A stretch of DNA of 64,000 nucleotides from positions 1,192,538-1,256,537 of the forward strand of contig MU004235.1 in NCBI GenBank assembly GCA_010405405.1. Direction: 5' to 3'. A model generated the notes under the pieces. The model worked only from the letters and a program-made list of their open reading frames with translations. It was not told the DNA's origin and searched no databases. The first letter of the stretch is position 1; the number at the start of each line of letters is the position of its first letter. The DNA is from Microthyrium microscopicum (Eukaryota). The translations under genes and the position numbers were made by a program. This document shows, one piece after another, positions 62,212-64,000 of this stretch.

Positions 62212-64000
62212 TCAGTCAGGAAAGGCGGTGTTATGCCTCCCCTTTTCCGTAAGAATTAATGAACGCCCGATACGCGTTTTCTGGATGTGGCTCAACCCAA
62301 CAGTTCCCTGTCGAGCTCTCTTCTCTACTTGTTTAATACTAGCGACACTCGGCGACCGGGCAGCTCTTTTACGACCAGGTGGTGTGCTTGAAGTGTCTCT
62401 TGCTTGCCCGCTGGCTCTAGCCTGGGTTGAGCCGACGGGCAACTCTGCGAGAGCACTACGACGTGTAGTTCTGCTGGTAAGCGGAGATATGGGACTGCTT
62501 GGCTCAGAATCCTCAAGAATTGTGGTATCGACCATAGCCTGCGACGCACGGCGACGAGAAGGCTTGGGAGCCAGAGAAGAGGCCAACAGTCCTGGAGCTG
62601 AACTAGACATTGGCGCAGTACTAGATGTGCCCATCGCCTGAGATGGCAAGCCGCTCTGGCGACGCCGTTTTTCGTCCCGTTCGCGCGCTGTAGCTTTGAA
62701 ACGAGCCTCGATGTCAGTCTGGTCGGCTTCTCGCCGCTGTCCAATGGCCTCATCGGTGTCCTCGGCCGAGTCAATCTCAATTACTTGTCGATTGGCAGAT
62801 TGAGATGCGCTCTGGCCTCTCGTCGCCTCTTTTTGTTTCCTGCGTTCCTGCCTCTGTTGCTCGAGTTCAGTAAACCTTGTGGGTACCAGAACGGCCAACG
62901 CCTCAAGCTTTTTAAGCAGGTCTATGCTATGGTCATCATATTCATCCCAGTCATGAGGAAGAGTTGCTTGACCCTTTAACCAATCCCATTCTATTGGGGA
63001 TGGCAGGTTGCTGAGCTTAGTAGCACTAGAGAAGATATGGGCCAACTGCCATTGAGTATGACGGCTTAGCACTGTAAAAGACGATACACCATACTTAGAC
63101 ATAGCAGAGGGTGGATGTAATCTCCGTGCCCAGTCTTGCGCCCAAGCTGTAATCTCTTCTAAAGCAAACCAGCCACGACTATTGAGAGCTGGAGGTTTCA
63201 GTTCGGCCAATTTGTCTTTGCGAGGAGCAATCTCCGGAAGTAACAGGGCTGGGTTACATCTATTACAGCAAAGTAGCGGATCTCGAGCTGGTAAAGATGG
63301 CATCTGATCTTCACCAAGAAACTTCCAGATTACGACGCGGATACAATCAGCGTTTGCCAAATCATGGAACTCCTGGGGAGTTTTCGCTCGTTGCTTAGTC
63401 TCGGGTTTGGAAAAGAACTCTATCTTCTTTGACTTCTTTTGCTTCCCTACTGTATTCTGGGTTGAAGGTCCGGCCCAAGACGAACTAGCCACGGGAGATT
63501 CTGGTTCAGTAGATTCTCGTTCTACATCAGCGAGGCTATTTTCGCTAATGTCTGATACATCGCCTGGTGTCCATACTTGCGATAGAGGATGCGATGAAGC
63601 TTGCTGGGAAAGAGCCTGCTGAGACTGATGTTGTCGTTGCATAGCGCGATGCGATGAAAGCATATGACGCGTAGCAGTTTTCCGCTGGCGCGTTATAGCC
63701 GTACTGGGCTCAGGTGCATCCTGAACAGGTCGTTCTTTTGCATATTCATTATGCAAGTAATATGGGAGCCAAATTTCGACCGTACCATGGTCACCTTCAC
63801 CTCGCGCGCCACGACCAGCGCGCTGCCAGAGATCCAGCATATCGTAACCAATCGGTATTTTCCAAATGATGATAAGCATGACACCAGGAATGTGGCAGCC
63901 AAGCCCAAGACAAGTGGTCGCTACCATAATTCGAATCTCGGAGTCGGGTTTGCAGAAAGTGGTATAGCGGCGATTTTGATCATACTTGGATGACCGAGAC
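62212..64000 (-). CDS. RecQ-like superfamily 2 helicase, C-terminal part (5' end beyond the window)
   Basis: Frame open to the window edge; IRIMVATTCLGLG (motif V), WQRAGRGAR (motif VI), then CIR...CCNRC (RecQ Zn-binding-like), a helical HRDC-like region and a disordered tail. Confidence 0.88.
   Translation of the reverse strand, partial: SRSSKYDQNRRYTTFCKPDSEIRIMVATTCLGLGCHIPGVMLIIIWKIPIGYDMLDLWQRAGRGARGEGDHGTVEIWLPYYLHNEYAKERPVQDAPEPSTAITRQRKTATRHMLSSHRAMQRQHQSQQALSQQASSHPLSQVWTPGDVSDISENSLADVERESTEPESPVASSSWAGPSTQNTVGKQKKSKKIEFFSKPETKQRAKTPQEFHDLANADCIRVVIWKFLGEDQMPSLPARDPLLCCNRCNPALLLPEIAPRKDKLAELKPPALNSRGWFALEEITAWAQDWARRLHPPSAMSKYGVSSFTVLSRHTQWQLAHIFSSATKLSNLPSPIEWDWLKGQATLPHDWDEYDDHSIDLLKKLEALAVLVPTRFTELEQQRQERRKQKEATRGQSASQSANRQVIEIDSAEDTDEAIGQRREADQTDIEARFKATARERDEKRRRQSGLPSQAMGTSSTAPMSSSAPGLLASSLAPKPSRRRASQAMVDTTILEDSEPSSPISPLTSRTTRRSALAELPVGSTQARASGQARDTSSTPPGRKRAARSPSVASIKQVEKRARQGTVGLSHIQKTRIGRSLILTEKGRHNTAFPD

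Larger units (their letters stand above)
36076..64000. mobile_element. Very large AcademH-like DNA transposon (left end at ~36076 or 36276; right end outside the window)
   Basis: Transposase-like gene ~200 bp inside a duplicated, hairpin-forming 95-bp terminal sequence; convergent RecQ-like helicase at the far end; no host housekeeping genes between; shared element-wide motifs and repeat arrays. Confidence 0.7.

Noticed and set aside
62093..62641. 182-aa plus-strand ORF after the last CCAAT cassette
   Set aside because: Mostly the antisense shadow of the helicase low-complexity tail; no motif.
36076..64000. Starship element
   Set aside because: The first gene has DDE-like Academ motifs, not a DUF3435 tyrosine recombinase, and no typical Starship auxiliary genes were recognised.

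Overview
Filamentous-ascomycete genomic DNA (short GT-AG introns with CTAAC-type branch points) in two distinct halves. 1-36 kb is ordinary host chromosome: a Gti1/Pac2 (WOPR, Wor1-type) regulator, a ferric reductase, Tim8, a compact candidate biosynthetic cluster with no recognisable backbone enzyme (ACT-less prephenate dehydratase-like gene, MCT-type MFS transporter, GliC-like P450, 548-aa unknown protein), a P4-ATPase flippase, an FLC/TRP-like channel and a Zn2Cys6 transcription factor. From about 36.08 kb (next to an assembly gap) to beyond the window end lies what looks like one very large (>27.9 kb) DNA transposon of the AcademH type: an intact ~1062-aa DUF6589/Academ-like transposase at the left and a convergent RecQ-like helicase at the right. 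The ~22 kb between them carries three Cys-cluster (DUF3716-like) genes, degenerate genes, five clear and one degenerate, apparently unrelated tandem arrays whose units are all 80-98 bp and mostly frame-breaking, and eight copies of a cassette of 10-bp-phased WT(C/G)T motifs ending in a CCAAT box. The same 10-bp motif forms a perfectly phased array inside a transposase intron. This element-internal architecture is the most unusual signal in the window. All family assignments are by eye from motifs; no database searches were run.
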